Source: Candidatus Aenigmatarchaeota archaeon
GTDB taxonomy: Archaea; Aenigmatarchaeota; Aenigmatarchaeia; QMZP01
NCBI GenBank assembly: GCA_030615165.1
Contig: JAUWZW010000003.1
Location: forward strand, 1-37,333
Length of the DNA: 37,333 bases
Reading direction: 5' to 3'
Below are positions 9,113 through 17,392 of this stretch, one piece after another. Numbering within the stretch: the first letter of the stretch is position 1; each line of letters begins with the position of its first letter. The notes under the pieces were generated by a model. It saw only the letters and a list, made by a program, of their open reading frames with translations, did not search any database and was not told the origin of the DNA. The position numbers were made by a program, and so were the translations under genes.

Positions 9113-11371
9113 TTATTCATCTTCACCGGTGGTAGTATCATCATCATCTCTCTGCTTAACTTCGAGGATGTCCCTGATCTTTGTGTATGCTTCAGCCAAC
9201 GTTGCGCTTTTCGTGTCCCTACTCGTTGACACATCGCCTGCACATTCCAGCAGAATCTTTAAGGCGGTTTTATGCTCGCTTCCTACTACTATTTCCACGT
9301 CCCGGTCTGCGCCCATTTCAATGAGTTCTGAAACGGCATCGGTCAACCCCAAACGCGTTGCAGTAATTAGAATGGTGGTTTCATCCGGCTCGTCATCTGT
9401 ATCATGGGCAAGGGGCTTGAAGACCATATTGATGTCATCATCTTCAATAATGCCTTCGTTCAAGCATTCCTGAATCTTATCCGTGGCGCTGCTTGCTTCG
9501 TCTGCCCCTTCCGAGAGTTGGCCTGCGAAGTATGTCATCAGCAACTGTGTGGTTGTTCTTCCGTCGCTATCTATGGCATCAATGTCTTCTTGGCCATCGT
9601 TTTTAATCCATGTCAAGATGTTTATGGCGCCGCACCGGGCTGCCAGGCATTTAAATATTATCATATTCCCGTCGTCTTCCGGATCGGGTACTTCGATATT
9701 ACAATCTTCCCAGACATAAACGAGTTCTTCGGAAGTGCTGCTTCTCCACTGCAACTTTTCATCCCAGAAACCGTTGAGGATATCCGTGTCGTCGTTAGCG
9801 CAGGCTTCCGCAAGGCATTGCAACACCATATCACACGCTGTTTCGCCGTTGTTGTCTGCCACATCATTGAATGCGCCCAAACTGATGAGCCATTTCATGA
9901 CATCGAACTGGAAGTAGCGTGTTGCGATGTGAAGGGTTGTTTTCCCGTCATCTGTCACAGGGAAATTGACGTTCTTATCTGTCAGATGGCCGAGTTTCTC
10001 CAACCCTTTCAGGGCTTGCAGATTGCCTTTCATGGCGGCTGTGGCAATCCTTGCGTTAACCTCATCCGGCGATAACATCGCCGATATCGTTGACTTAACT
10101 ATTTTTTCCATTTCGGCTCTATTTTGCGTTGCAGTTTCTTGTGCCGCAAGGGTTGCTTCTGCACCACCTATTCTCCCAGTATCTCTGACATTGGATGATT
10201 TATTATCCATGAGCTGCCGGTTTTGTTGCATGATTTCGAGGAAGATTTTGCGCAAACCTTTTATGCCCTTAGAACAATTAGGATCTCTGCATTCACTACT
10301 ACCACAAGGTTTACCGTTGATTGCTTCCGCGACAAGCTCCAGGATTTGGCGAATGCTCATCCTACCATAATAATCAGATTCCCTATTGGCGCAAAACAAA
10401 TTATTGATATTCTTTGTTTCAGCGGCAATTTGCTTCAACATTTCCGTTAACTCCGCTGCATCCACGATTCCTTCAAACGGATTACGGTCGGATGAGGGTT
10501 GGACCTGTCTTCCGGCTGTGCCTGCTGTTGACAACTTCTTAATACTTTTTGAGATTCTTGCAAATGCCTTTTTGGTGCGCCTGCCGCGCCGCCACCCGAA
10601 TAGTATTATCAAAACGGCTGCTATTACGATCACCTTAATCATGGTGCGTTCAGCCATGAACCCGGTATAGAGCCCGACAGCAAACCCTTTGGAAACACCG
10701 AAGCCTTCCCAGGCACGCCTTTTCACGGAAACTACCAATGTCTCTGGTTCAGACTCGGTTTCAGACGCTTCAATGGCTTCGGCGTCCGTGGTCTCCAGGG
10801 TGGCAAACTTCACCTGCGGATCCTGTTCGGACCCGGGCCCTGCTGACAGGAGTTCCGGCTGCTGCGCCTTTTCGATTTTGGCGTCCTTGAACTCAATCAG
10901 TCCGGCCATGAGCTTGTACTCAGCAGCGAGCTCTTTCCCATCTTCAGCGTCGATATTGCCTTCATAGTCTTCGAGTTCTGTTCGTTTCTCGGCGATGAAG
11001 CTGTTCGCGTCTTCAACGGTTACGGCATCCAGCCCTGTTGTTTTACAGAGAGCTTTGTCCAAGAGTTCATCTTTAGAACGCATGTGTTTCAGGAACTTGT
11101 TTATCTTGGCCCAGTCTTCCTTGGTTTTTTCCGCGTTGACAACCTCCATATCGTGCCTTATGGACTCCTCCAGCCCAGAGTCGACGACGTACAGGCTAGA
11201 AAGATATTGTGTTGAGGTATTCTTGTCCCTGATTTTCATTGTTTCGTGCCTGTACAGCGGTGTAAGAGCCGCGGCAACAAGCACCACCAAAAATAACATC
11301 ACTATGACTCCCCTTAGCGTGAGTCCTCTTCTTTTAACTGTGATTTTTTCCTTTATGGTTTTCATTGTCAT
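9113..11371 (-). CDS. large membrane-anchored protein with C-terminal ankyrin repeats and an acidic tail
   Basis: The track ORF is 9113..11599, but its first 76 codons overlap the upstream paralog gene. MTMKTIK at 11371 is the more likely start. There are two TM helices (VIVMLFLVVLVAAAL and IKVIVIAAVLIILFGW). The ankyrin-like repeats are DGKTTLHIATRYFQFDVMKWLISLGAFNDVADNNGETACDMV and ITATRLGLTDAVSELIEMGADRDVEI...HKTALKILLECAG. It ends in RDDDDTTTGEDE. Confidence 0.65.
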   Translation of the reverse strand: MTMKTIKEKITVKRRGLTLRGVIVMLFLVVLVAAALTPLYRHETMKIRDKNTSTQYLSSLYVVDSGLEESIRHDMEVVNAEKTKEDWAKINKFLKHMRSKDELLDKALCKTTGLDAVTVEDANSFIAEKRTELEDYEGNIDAEDGKELAAEYKLMAGLIEFKDAKIEKAQQPELLSAGPGSEQDPQVKFATLETTDAEAIEASETESEPETLVVSVKRRAWEGFGVSKGFAVGLYTGFMAERTMIKVIVIAAVLIILFGWRRGRRTKKAFARISKSIKKLSTAGTAGRQVQPSSDRNPFEGIVDAAELTEMLKQIAAETKNINNLFCANRESDYYGRMSIRQILELVAEAINGKPCGSSECRDPNCSKGIKGLRKIFLEIMQQNRQLMDNKSSNVRDTGRIGGAEATLAAQETATQNRAEMEKIVKSTISAMLSPDEVNARIATAAMKGNLQALKGLEKLGHLTDKNVNFPVTDDGKTTLHIATRYFQFDVMKWLISLGAFNDVADNNGETACDMVLQCLAEACANDDTDILNGFWDEKLQWRSSTSEELVYVWEDCNIEVPDPEDDGNMIIFKCLAARCGAINILTWIKNDGQEDIDAIDSDGRTTTQLLMTYFAGQLSEGADEASSATDKIQECLNEGIIEDDDINMVFKPLAHDTDDEPDETTILITATRLGLTDAVSELIEMGADRDVEIVVGSEHKTALKILLECAGDVSTSRDTKSATLAEAYTKIRDILEVKQRDDDDTTTGEDE

Positions 11372-11445
11372 TCCCTTTCTAAATTTTTCGCAAAAAGTGT
11401 GGTTATTGAAGTTTTTTGTTTCGTAAGTGTCAAGTATCCGGGCTT

Positions 11446-11904
11446 TTAGCAAATCCGAATACAGAGGTATATAAACCAGATTACGAAGATTATCCCAAAT
11501 ATAAACCTCAACCGTTTCCTCCAAGCGTCTTCTTTCTGGCTGTGGGGCTGCTGCCTTAACCGCCTGATAAGCCCCGAAGTGATGCTGAACAGGAACCATA
11601 GGGTCAATATGTAACCCGACCCCTTGAGCGCAAAATCATCCCAGGTGTTTATTTGGAGCAGACCTATCCGCAAATGGTTCAGAATCAGAAATGCGAATAT
11701 CAATGCTATACAGAACCGTACGGTGTACTTAGCAAACCATACCAGCCTGTTCCTGCCCATCTTTTCCTTTCTGGCCTTTTTGGCTATTTTCGCTGAATTG
11801 CCAGATAAACCAATGGTTTTCGGAGGCGGCCGCCACAGGCCCAAAGACCACAAGCTGAAACCACTGAAAAAGGCAATTAAGTATATTGCACACAGACTAT
11901 CCAT
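11446..11904 (-). CDS. small membrane protein, member 4 of a tandem paralog array
   Basis: It starts MDSLCAIYLIAFF behind a conserved RBS (GAAAGGAGGCACAAAATGGA). It has 3-4 TM helices. It shares the N-terminal signature with 12664..13140 and 13268..13717. Confidence 0.5.
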   Translation of the reverse strand: MDSLCAIYLIAFFSGFSLWSLGLWRPPPKTIGLSGNSAKIAKKARKEKMGRNRLVWFAKYTVRFCIALIFAFLILNHLRIGLLQINTWDDFALKGSGYILTLWFLFSITSGLIRRLRQQPHSQKEDAWRKRLRFIFGIIFVIWFIYLCIRIC

Positions 11905-12049
11905 TTTGTGCCTCCTTTCGTTTATCCATTTACGGGTTTTCATTATCCATTACCGGGTTTTTTGCTTAAACCCAAGAATTTATGACTGTTTATGGTCGTA
12001 TGACTGTTTTTGTTTATCGTTCATGAAGGCTATAACAAACCTACATATG

Positions 12050-12550
12050 CTAAAGAAGGGGCTGAAAGTGTATAATACATGAAGCTAATACACAGCCTAC
12101 CAAACCTACCAAAGTTATAACCCAGAAAACCAGCCATGTGCCCAACATAAGATCGGTGCCTACACTTTTGAATGGGTACTGAGATTTCCAATTCGCGGCC
12201 TGGTATTTCCCCTGTATGTTGACTTCCTCGATCCTTGACATGAACACGCTAAGGGCCGAGACAACCACCACGAAAGCCCCGCCCCAAAGGAACATGCCTT
12301 TAAAGCCGATGATCTTGAGGCCGAGGACATCAGTGATCAGCATAAGCAGGGCGCCTGCGACGATGAAACGCAGGATGAAACCAAAGCCCCAGATGAACAG
12401 GTTTTTTCTTGCTTGTCTTATTTCCGGTTTACTGCAGTATATGTTCAATACGTCCAATGCCTTCGGCAGCGATTTCAGCAGCTTCACGCGCCAGTTGAAT
12501 GCCGCGACGCCGAGAACGATATACGTTATTATCATGCTGTTCATTATCAT
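12050..12550 (-). CDS. small membrane protein, member 3 of the tandem paralog array
   Basis: FNWRVKLLKSLPKALDVLNI...RKNLFIWGFGFILRFIVAGALLMLITDVLGLKI is near-identical to the corresponding stretch of 13268..13717. The RBS is AAAGGAGAG. Confidence 0.55.
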   Translation of the reverse strand: MIMNSMIITYIVLGVAAFNWRVKLLKSLPKALDVLNIYCSKPEIRQARKNLFIWGFGFILRFIVAGALLMLITDVLGLKIIGFKGMFLWGGAFVVVVSALSVFMSRIEEVNIQGKYQAANWKSQYPFKSVGTDLMLGTWLVFWVITLVGLVGCVLASCIIHFQPLL

Positions 12551-12663
12551 TTGTGTCTCTCCTTTCTTGCATTCATTTCACATTTCTTTTATTGCTTTTC
12601 ATTAATTATCCGCAGGTTGGAGATGTTACCAACTGCGTCCTGATTTACTATTAGTTCACCATT

Positions 12664-13140
12664 CTACTGAAGTATTCTGAGTCTGGACACCACCAGGAGA
12701 ACCACCCAGATGTCAAGTAACACAATCCAATATTTCCACCAATTGGCCGAAATGTCGGTCTCGGCAGTATCCGCGGCGTATTTATGCTGGATGTACACTT
12801 CTTCAGAGACTGAAAAGACCAAGCTCAATATCCAGTAAACGAGTATGTAAGCTGGCCCCAGGGCAAGCAAGCCGCTCCATGTATGGATCCGGGCTCGGCC
12901 GACGAAATGCATGAACAGTGATGTTAATACAAGAATGACGCAAAACCTGCCAACGAATCCGGCGAACCATATCAACCTGTTCTTGTCCGTCATCACCTTC
13001 AGTTCCATAAGACACCTACTACAATTATCATCGTATCGACATTTCACATCAGTATCGCAGTTCAGCTTTTTCAACAGCGTCGTGCGCCAGTTGAAACATC
13101 CGGCAAGGGAAATTATGTATATTGCATACAGGTTATCCAT
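12664..13140 (-). CDS. small membrane protein, member 2 of the paralog array, with a Cys-rich insert
   Basis: It starts MDNLYAIYIIS behind the conserved RBS. The insert is CDTDVKCRYDDNCSRC. It also has IWFAGFVGRFCVILVL. Confidence 0.5.
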   Translation of the reverse strand: MDNLYAIYIISLAGCFNWRTTLLKKLNCDTDVKCRYDDNCSRCLMELKVMTDKNRLIWFAGFVGRFCVILVLTSLFMHFVGRARIHTWSGLLALGPAYILVYWILSLVFSVSEEVYIQHKYAADTAETDISANWWKYWIVLLDIWVVLLVVSRLRILQ

Positions 13141-13267
13141 TTTGTGCCTCCTTTCATTATGCCGAAAAATGCTAATGCTGAATAGCATATACAGTTAAAC
13201 CAATAATTGAAACTATTATCCAGATTACCAGAATTATGAACCATGTCCGTGCACGAATACGGATTGC

Positions 13268-13717
13268 TTAAAGATGACTAACTGTCCACTGAAAAAATCC
13301 TAACCGGTTAAGAACATATATCACAACTATAATGAACCAGATAATCAGAAGTACACTCCATGAAGCCGCCCATACATTAAAAGCTACTCCCTCGGGTGTT
13401 GACAGCTTTATGTTAATGAGTGAAACAACCACCACGAAAGCCCCACCCCAAATGAGCAGGCTCCACACGCTGGTTATTTTGAGGCCCAAGACGTCAGTGA
13501 TAAGCATAAGCAGGGCGCCTACGATGATGAAACGCAGGATGAAACCAAAGCCCCAGACGAACAGGTTTTTTCTTGCACGTCTTCTTTCCAGTTTGCCGGG
13601 ATTAGGGCCGCATATGTTCAATACGTCCAATGCCTTCGGCAGTGATTTCAGCAGCTTAACGTGCCAGTTGAATCCCGAGACAAGAGAAATAATATATATT
13701 GCATACAGGTTGTCCAT
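13268..13717 (-). CDS. small membrane protein, member 1 of the paralog array
   Basis: MDNLYAIYIISLVSGFNWHVKLLKSLPKALDVLNI... with 4 TM helices. Conserved RBS upstream. Confidence 0.55.
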   Translation of the reverse strand: MDNLYAIYIISLVSGFNWHVKLLKSLPKALDVLNICGPNPGKLERRRARKNLFVWGFGFILRFIIVGALLMLITDVLGLKITSVWSLLIWGGAFVVVVSLINIKLSTPEGVAFNVWAASWSVLLIIWFIIVVIYVLNRLGFFQWTVSHL

Positions 13718-13786
13718 TTTGGTCTCCTTTCCGCTTAGCTTATTGTTATTGATGGAACGGGTTTAGAGAAATTATACTGACAAAAT

Positions 13787-13833
13787 CAGCATGCAGGCAG
13801 CAAGTCCCTGACTTGCGTTCCCGCATGGTAACG
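13787..13833. repeat. hairpin-forming element A: CATGC...AAGTC ccT GACTT...GCATG
   Basis: It is about 80% similar to element B at 15683..15727. Both fold as nested inverted repeats: outer CATGC(A)/(T)GCATG and inner AAGTC/GACTT. Together they bracket the regulator cassette. Confidence 0.5.
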
Positions 13834-14276
13834 CTTATGTCATCAAGACAGCTTTCCAGACCAAAATTTAATCTGTCTGGCAATAGCTGTTAAGGTGTGT
13901 ATCTAGGAGCATGATATCAGCACGAAACGGTTTGAAACTGGCTAGCTACAATGAGGTCAATAACAATAGATTAACAAAAAAACTTTATATAGCTATCCAC
14001 CTTCCTTTTCAAAAAATCAGTAAAGTTAATGTTTCGGTTAATCGCAAAAAACAGAAAACCCGCTCCCGCAAACATAATTCCTATTTATGTTCATTTGTGT
14101 CAGGCAGGTTGGGTTCGGGCAAGTGCTGGATGGCTTGTCCCTGCTGCTTCCATTTTCTGTACTCTTCAGTATTGCGGAAGGAATTGATTTCTGTCGCGTT
14201 CGGGTCTTTTGTGATAGCCATTTCGACCTCACTATGAAGCAGAATTGAAAGGTCATCCCTGTAATAAATTGTGTCA

Positions 14277-14567
14277 TTAAAGCGCTTTGGCATTGACTTC
14301 TATTCTGACCAAATAACCCGGCACTTCAAAGACTATCTCTTTATGAAATGGCACAGAATTCGGGTCTATCAGAAAGGTTTCTCCCCGGCCCCCCAGGGTC
14401 CTTGCACCTTCATACATATGCCATCCCAAAGAGAATTCAATTCTTGCTAGTGCTGGTGCATCTGGATTCTGCTTGAATGTATTATTTTCCGGTGTGAGTA
14501 TAATTATTAATAAAAATACACACATGGAAAATACTAACCAAATTATTATCCTTTTTTTCCTTGACAT
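14277..14567 (-). CDS. small secreted or membrane-anchored protein
   Basis: 96 aa. The N-terminal signal-like helix is MSRKKRIIIWLVFSMCVFLLIIIL. It is tightly linked (3 nt) downstream of the LuxR gene. Confidence 0.4.
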   Translation of the reverse strand: MSRKKRIIIWLVFSMCVFLLIIILTPENNTFKQNPDAPALARIEFSLGWHMYEGARTLGGRGETFLIDPNSVPFHKEIVFEVPGYLVRIEVNAKAL

Positions 14568-14570
14568 GGG

Positions 14571-14900
14571 TTAATCCTCCTTATTAAGAAAATCTGCAAC
14601 TTCCATGAATCTCAGAAGCAGAGAAACTTTATTTGTCACCCGGGTTTTTGCAGAAATATGCTTTATATGTTGTTTTACGGTATTGACGCTTCTGTCCAAC
14701 TTCTTAGCAATATCCTTATTGGTTAACCCCTTGCATACAAGTTTCGCCACCTGCAATTGCCGGGGACTCAGATGAAAATGTTTCTGGAGACTTATCCACT
14801 GTTCATTATCAAAAACCTCAAAATCCGGCAGTTTGTTAGGGTCATCCTGGATATTGTTTTGGCGTGCCATTTTTGACATCACCTCCTTTCTTTCAATCAT
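14571..14900 (-). CDS. LuxR/GerE-type HTH transcription regulator
   Basis: The C-terminal region LSPRQLQVAKLVCKGLTNKDIAKKLDRSVNTVKQHIKHISAKTRVTNKVSLL matches the LuxR-type HTH signature. Confidence 0.7.
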   Translation of the reverse strand: MIERKEVMSKMARQNNIQDDPNKLPDFEVFDNEQWISLQKHFHLSPRQLQVAKLVCKGLTNKDIAKKLDRSVNTVKQHIKHISAKTRVTNKVSLLLRFMEVADFLNKED

Positions 14901-14903
14901 CTC

Positions 14904-15482
14904 CTAATAGATAATCGCTGTTGCTTCTTCAATCTTTTTGATAACTTCAGCCACATCGGCAGAATCGGATATGCAGCCGTCAAAGCCCTTCTGCAGCAGG
15001 GCGGCTGACTCGGAATCGTTCAACTCGCCCGCAAGGGCTATAATCTTGATGGTCTGCAAATCCTCATTGGAACGGATGCTTTTGCATAGGCCTGCTGCAT
15101 CTATGTCTTCAGCCAAGAGGTTGACCAATAGAACATGTGGTGCAAATTTCTGGGCGATTGCACCGGTCTCAAAATCACTATGTGTGGTTTGCACTTCGTA
15201 ATCTGTCTTGGTTCGCAAAGTATCAGCCAGGGCCGAGGCTGCTTTTTCGTTGCTGTTCACTATAAGGACCCGGATATTGCCGATTGGAAGTGTTGGCGCA
15301 GGCATGTTATGCGCTTTCATAAACCGGATCAGCTCTGCTACGGGTATCCTCCTGTCCTTGCTGCCAGGTATCCTGTATCCCTTCATCTGGCCTGTATCAA
15401 ACCACTTTGAGACTGTCCGGGGCGCTACATTGCAGATCCTTGCAACATCGCCTGTTGTCAGTACGTTTTTTCCCTTTGCCAT
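14904..15482 (-). CDS. excisionase/MerR-type HTH domain fused to a degenerate (pseudo-)receiver domain
   Basis: The likely start is MAKGKNVLTTGDVARICNVAPRTVSKWF... at 15482, with GGAGGT 8 nt upstream. The HTH is excisionase-family. A CheY-like fold follows (VLIVNSNEK...VLLVNLLAEDIDAAG...IKIIALAG), but the acidic pocket is altered (NS, N, A). Confidence 0.65.
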   Translation of the reverse strand: MAKGKNVLTTGDVARICNVAPRTVSKWFDTGQMKGYRIPGSKDRRIPVAELIRFMKAHNMPAPTLPIGNIRVLIVNSNEKAASALADTLRTKTDYEVQTTHSDFETGAIAQKFAPHVLLVNLLAEDIDAAGLCKSIRSNEDLQTIKIIALAGELNDSESAALLQKGFDGCISDSADVAEVIKKIEEATAIIY

Positions 15483-15682
15483 TGGTATACCTCCTTTCAA
15501 ACACCAAGCAGTACACAAGGCTGGGTTTCAGGTTTTGTGTTTGTCTCCGGTCAATGCTATTCCGCATAGAATAATAACAAATAATACGGGCGCAATAAAC
15601 ATGGCCAGAAAAAGTATCATCGGGTCTGATGTTTTTTATTTTCCATTTCTTGCCCTTTCGCAGAAATTTACCTAACAAAAAC

Positions 15683-15727
15683 AGCCATGCAAGAAGTCTT
15701 TGCTGACTTTCGTCCCTGCATGGTCAC
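15683..15727. repeat. hairpin-forming element B (CCATGCA...AAGTC tttgcT GACTT...TGCATGG), paralogous to element A
   Basis: It lies about 165 nt upstream of the HTH-REC gene. The sequence covaries with element A and preserves both stems. Confidence 0.5.
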
Positions 15728-15858
15728 GATTTAACTTCAAAGCCAAGCTGCCAGAACTGAATCTTCTATGGTTCAGTTATGACGCGGAAATCGCTGTTGG
15801 CTGTAATGTATGTATCAAGGGAACATGAATACTACTGCTTCATAGTTAATAGAAAATT

Positions 15859-16905
15859 TTATATACTTGTGAAATGGTATTTACTCAACTCGGTCCTGAA
15901 CCTCAGAAATCCAGCGACACCGCCCAGGCCCAGGAACTTCTCGCCTGATTCGTGCTCGGAGGAGATTATCACAATCGAGCCGCGCATCTTCTCGACCTGG
16001 TCCATCAGGCCTTCAAACCCCTTGACTTTCTCCTCGGAAACCAGAAGGGTTTCCACAGCGCCCATCCTGGCAGCGCTCTTTGTTTCCTTATCCCCGTAAA
16101 CAGCCTTCCCGTCCTTCCCTATTTCAACAAGAAGCCTCTCGACAAGCCCTGTCTCCTTTGCAACCCTTGTCTCTTTCAGGATTTTGTTCGCTGACCTCTT
16201 TATGACCTCCTGTATCCCTGTCTTCCCTGTGCTTGAGGCATATTCCAATGCAAGCTTTCCTGCGAGCTTTGGGTTTGCCTTATCTATGAACTCCAGAAGG
16301 TTCTCCTTTTCAAACCCTGGACCGGCAATAACCATTGCCTGGCAGCCCTTCTGCTTCTCCAGGACTGATAAAATATCCCTGTAGTAATCGCTCCTGTCCT
16401 CCCTGCCCTTTACCTTTTTGGCAGAAACAGAGCCCTTCATCTCAACACCTGATTCCTTAAGAACTGCAAAATCTGCCTGCTCCCTGTCAAGGATGCATAT
16501 GAACAGGAGGGGCTGCTTTACCATTGCCCTCTTTATCCTTTCAAGCTGGTATTGCTTCCATCCCTGTTCCTTTTTGATAGTCAGCACAGACCAGGGCTCT
16601 ATATTCAGGGTGTGGTAGGAGCTCAGCTTTATGTCCTCAGGGCCTGAAACAATCTTTCCCCTGAGGCGAAGGATTCCTGCCTGCCTCTCAACATCTTCCA
16701 GGTTTATCGTAAGTGTCATTGGCTTTCTCTCACCTTCCAGGATTTCCTTTCCCCTCTTGATTGCCTTCTTGCGCAGGGTCCTGGAGGTAACCAAATCCCC
16801 CTTCTCAAGTATCTTCTCCAGATGCCAGAGGTCATCCGGTGTTTCAACCCTGAACTTTATCTTGCCTTCCTTCCTGTCCTGGTGGATGATTTTCATAACC
16901 TTCAC
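15859..16905 (-). CDS. pelA: Pelota/Dom34 mRNA surveillance protein (eRF1-like)
   Basis: 348 aa starting MKVMKIIHQDRKEGKIKFRVETPDDLWHLEKIL... It has the eRF1 domain 1-3 architecture typical of archaeal Pelota. Confidence 0.85.
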   Translation of the reverse strand: MKVMKIIHQDRKEGKIKFRVETPDDLWHLEKILEKGDLVTSRTLRKKAIKRGKEILEGERKPMTLTINLEDVERQAGILRLRGKIVSGPEDIKLSSYHTLNIEPWSVLTIKKEQGWKQYQLERIKRAMVKQPLLFICILDREQADFAVLKESGVEMKGSVSAKKVKGREDRSDYYRDILSVLEKQKGCQAMVIAGPGFEKENLLEFIDKANPKLAGKLALEYASSTGKTGIQEVIKRSANKILKETRVAKETGLVERLLVEIGKDGKAVYGDKETKSAARMGAVETLLVSEEKVKGFEGLMDQVEKMRGSIVIISSEHESGEKFLGLGGVAGFLRFRTELSKYHFTSI

Positions 16906-17023
16906 CTTGTGAACTTTTTACGGATGCTCAGACTTCGTCTGAGCCAACCCCTTTGCTGCCTTGTTTATTATTTATAAAACTGGATTAATATCATTTTATA
17001 GATTTTGAGCAGGTGCGGAACCT

Positions 17024-17338
17024 GTGCTTATAAATATAACTGTTTTATCTTGGTTTATGGAATATTTTACCCAGTTCTTTGTTGAAGGCGATAAACCTGG
17101 AGAATATATTGGATGGGGAAGGGTACAGTTTAAAGCAATAAGCCGAGGGTATGCAGAAGGAAAACTCCAGAAACTCTTATCTATGGTTCAAGAAAGATTC
17201 CCAGAATTGTTAGTAGGATTAGATAATCATGAGAAATATGAAGGCAAACCAATAAAACTGGGAACTGATGTGTATGAGTCAGAAGACCAGATTACACCTT
17301 TAAGTGAGCCAGACTTGGGAAAAATAGAATTGCCCTAA
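17024..17338 (+). CDS. small hypothetical protein, probably leaderless starting at MEYFTQ (17057)
   Basis: The TATA-like element CTTATAAATATA (17028-17038) lies about 20-25 nt upstream of the ATG at 17057, an archaeal leaderless arrangement. The longer track ORF would start inside the promoter. Confidence 0.4.
   Translation: MLINITVLSWFMEYFTQFFVEGDKPGEYIGWGRVQFKAISRGYAEGKLQKLLSMVQERFPELLVGLDNHEKYEGKPIKLGTDVYESEDQITPLSEPDLGKIELP
17028..17038 (+). promoter_or_regulatory. archaeal TATA box for the 17057 gene; related TTATTTATAAAACT elements at 16966-16980 and 17362-17377
   Basis: These are AT-rich TATA-like boxes 20-30 nt upstream of ATG codons with no intervening SD. The motif TTATTTATAAAACT occurs twice in the divergent Pelota / 17393 promoter region. 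Confidence 0.4.
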
Positions 17339-17392
17339 ACCCTGCGTCAACCCCCTTCTTTTATTTATAAAACTATTGTTAAATACTATTAT

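Noticed and set aside
9404-11426. Series of plus-strand ORFs (60-223 aa) inside the ankyrin-protein gene
   Set aside because: All are antisense to a long, motif-bearing minus-strand CDS. They are Cys/Ser-rich shadow ORFs without an RBS.
12216-13766. Plus-strand ORFs of 129-144 aa overlapping the small-membrane-protein paralogs
   Set aside because: They mirror the paralogs because the template is duplicated. The minus-strand frames carry the conserved RBS and TM pattern.
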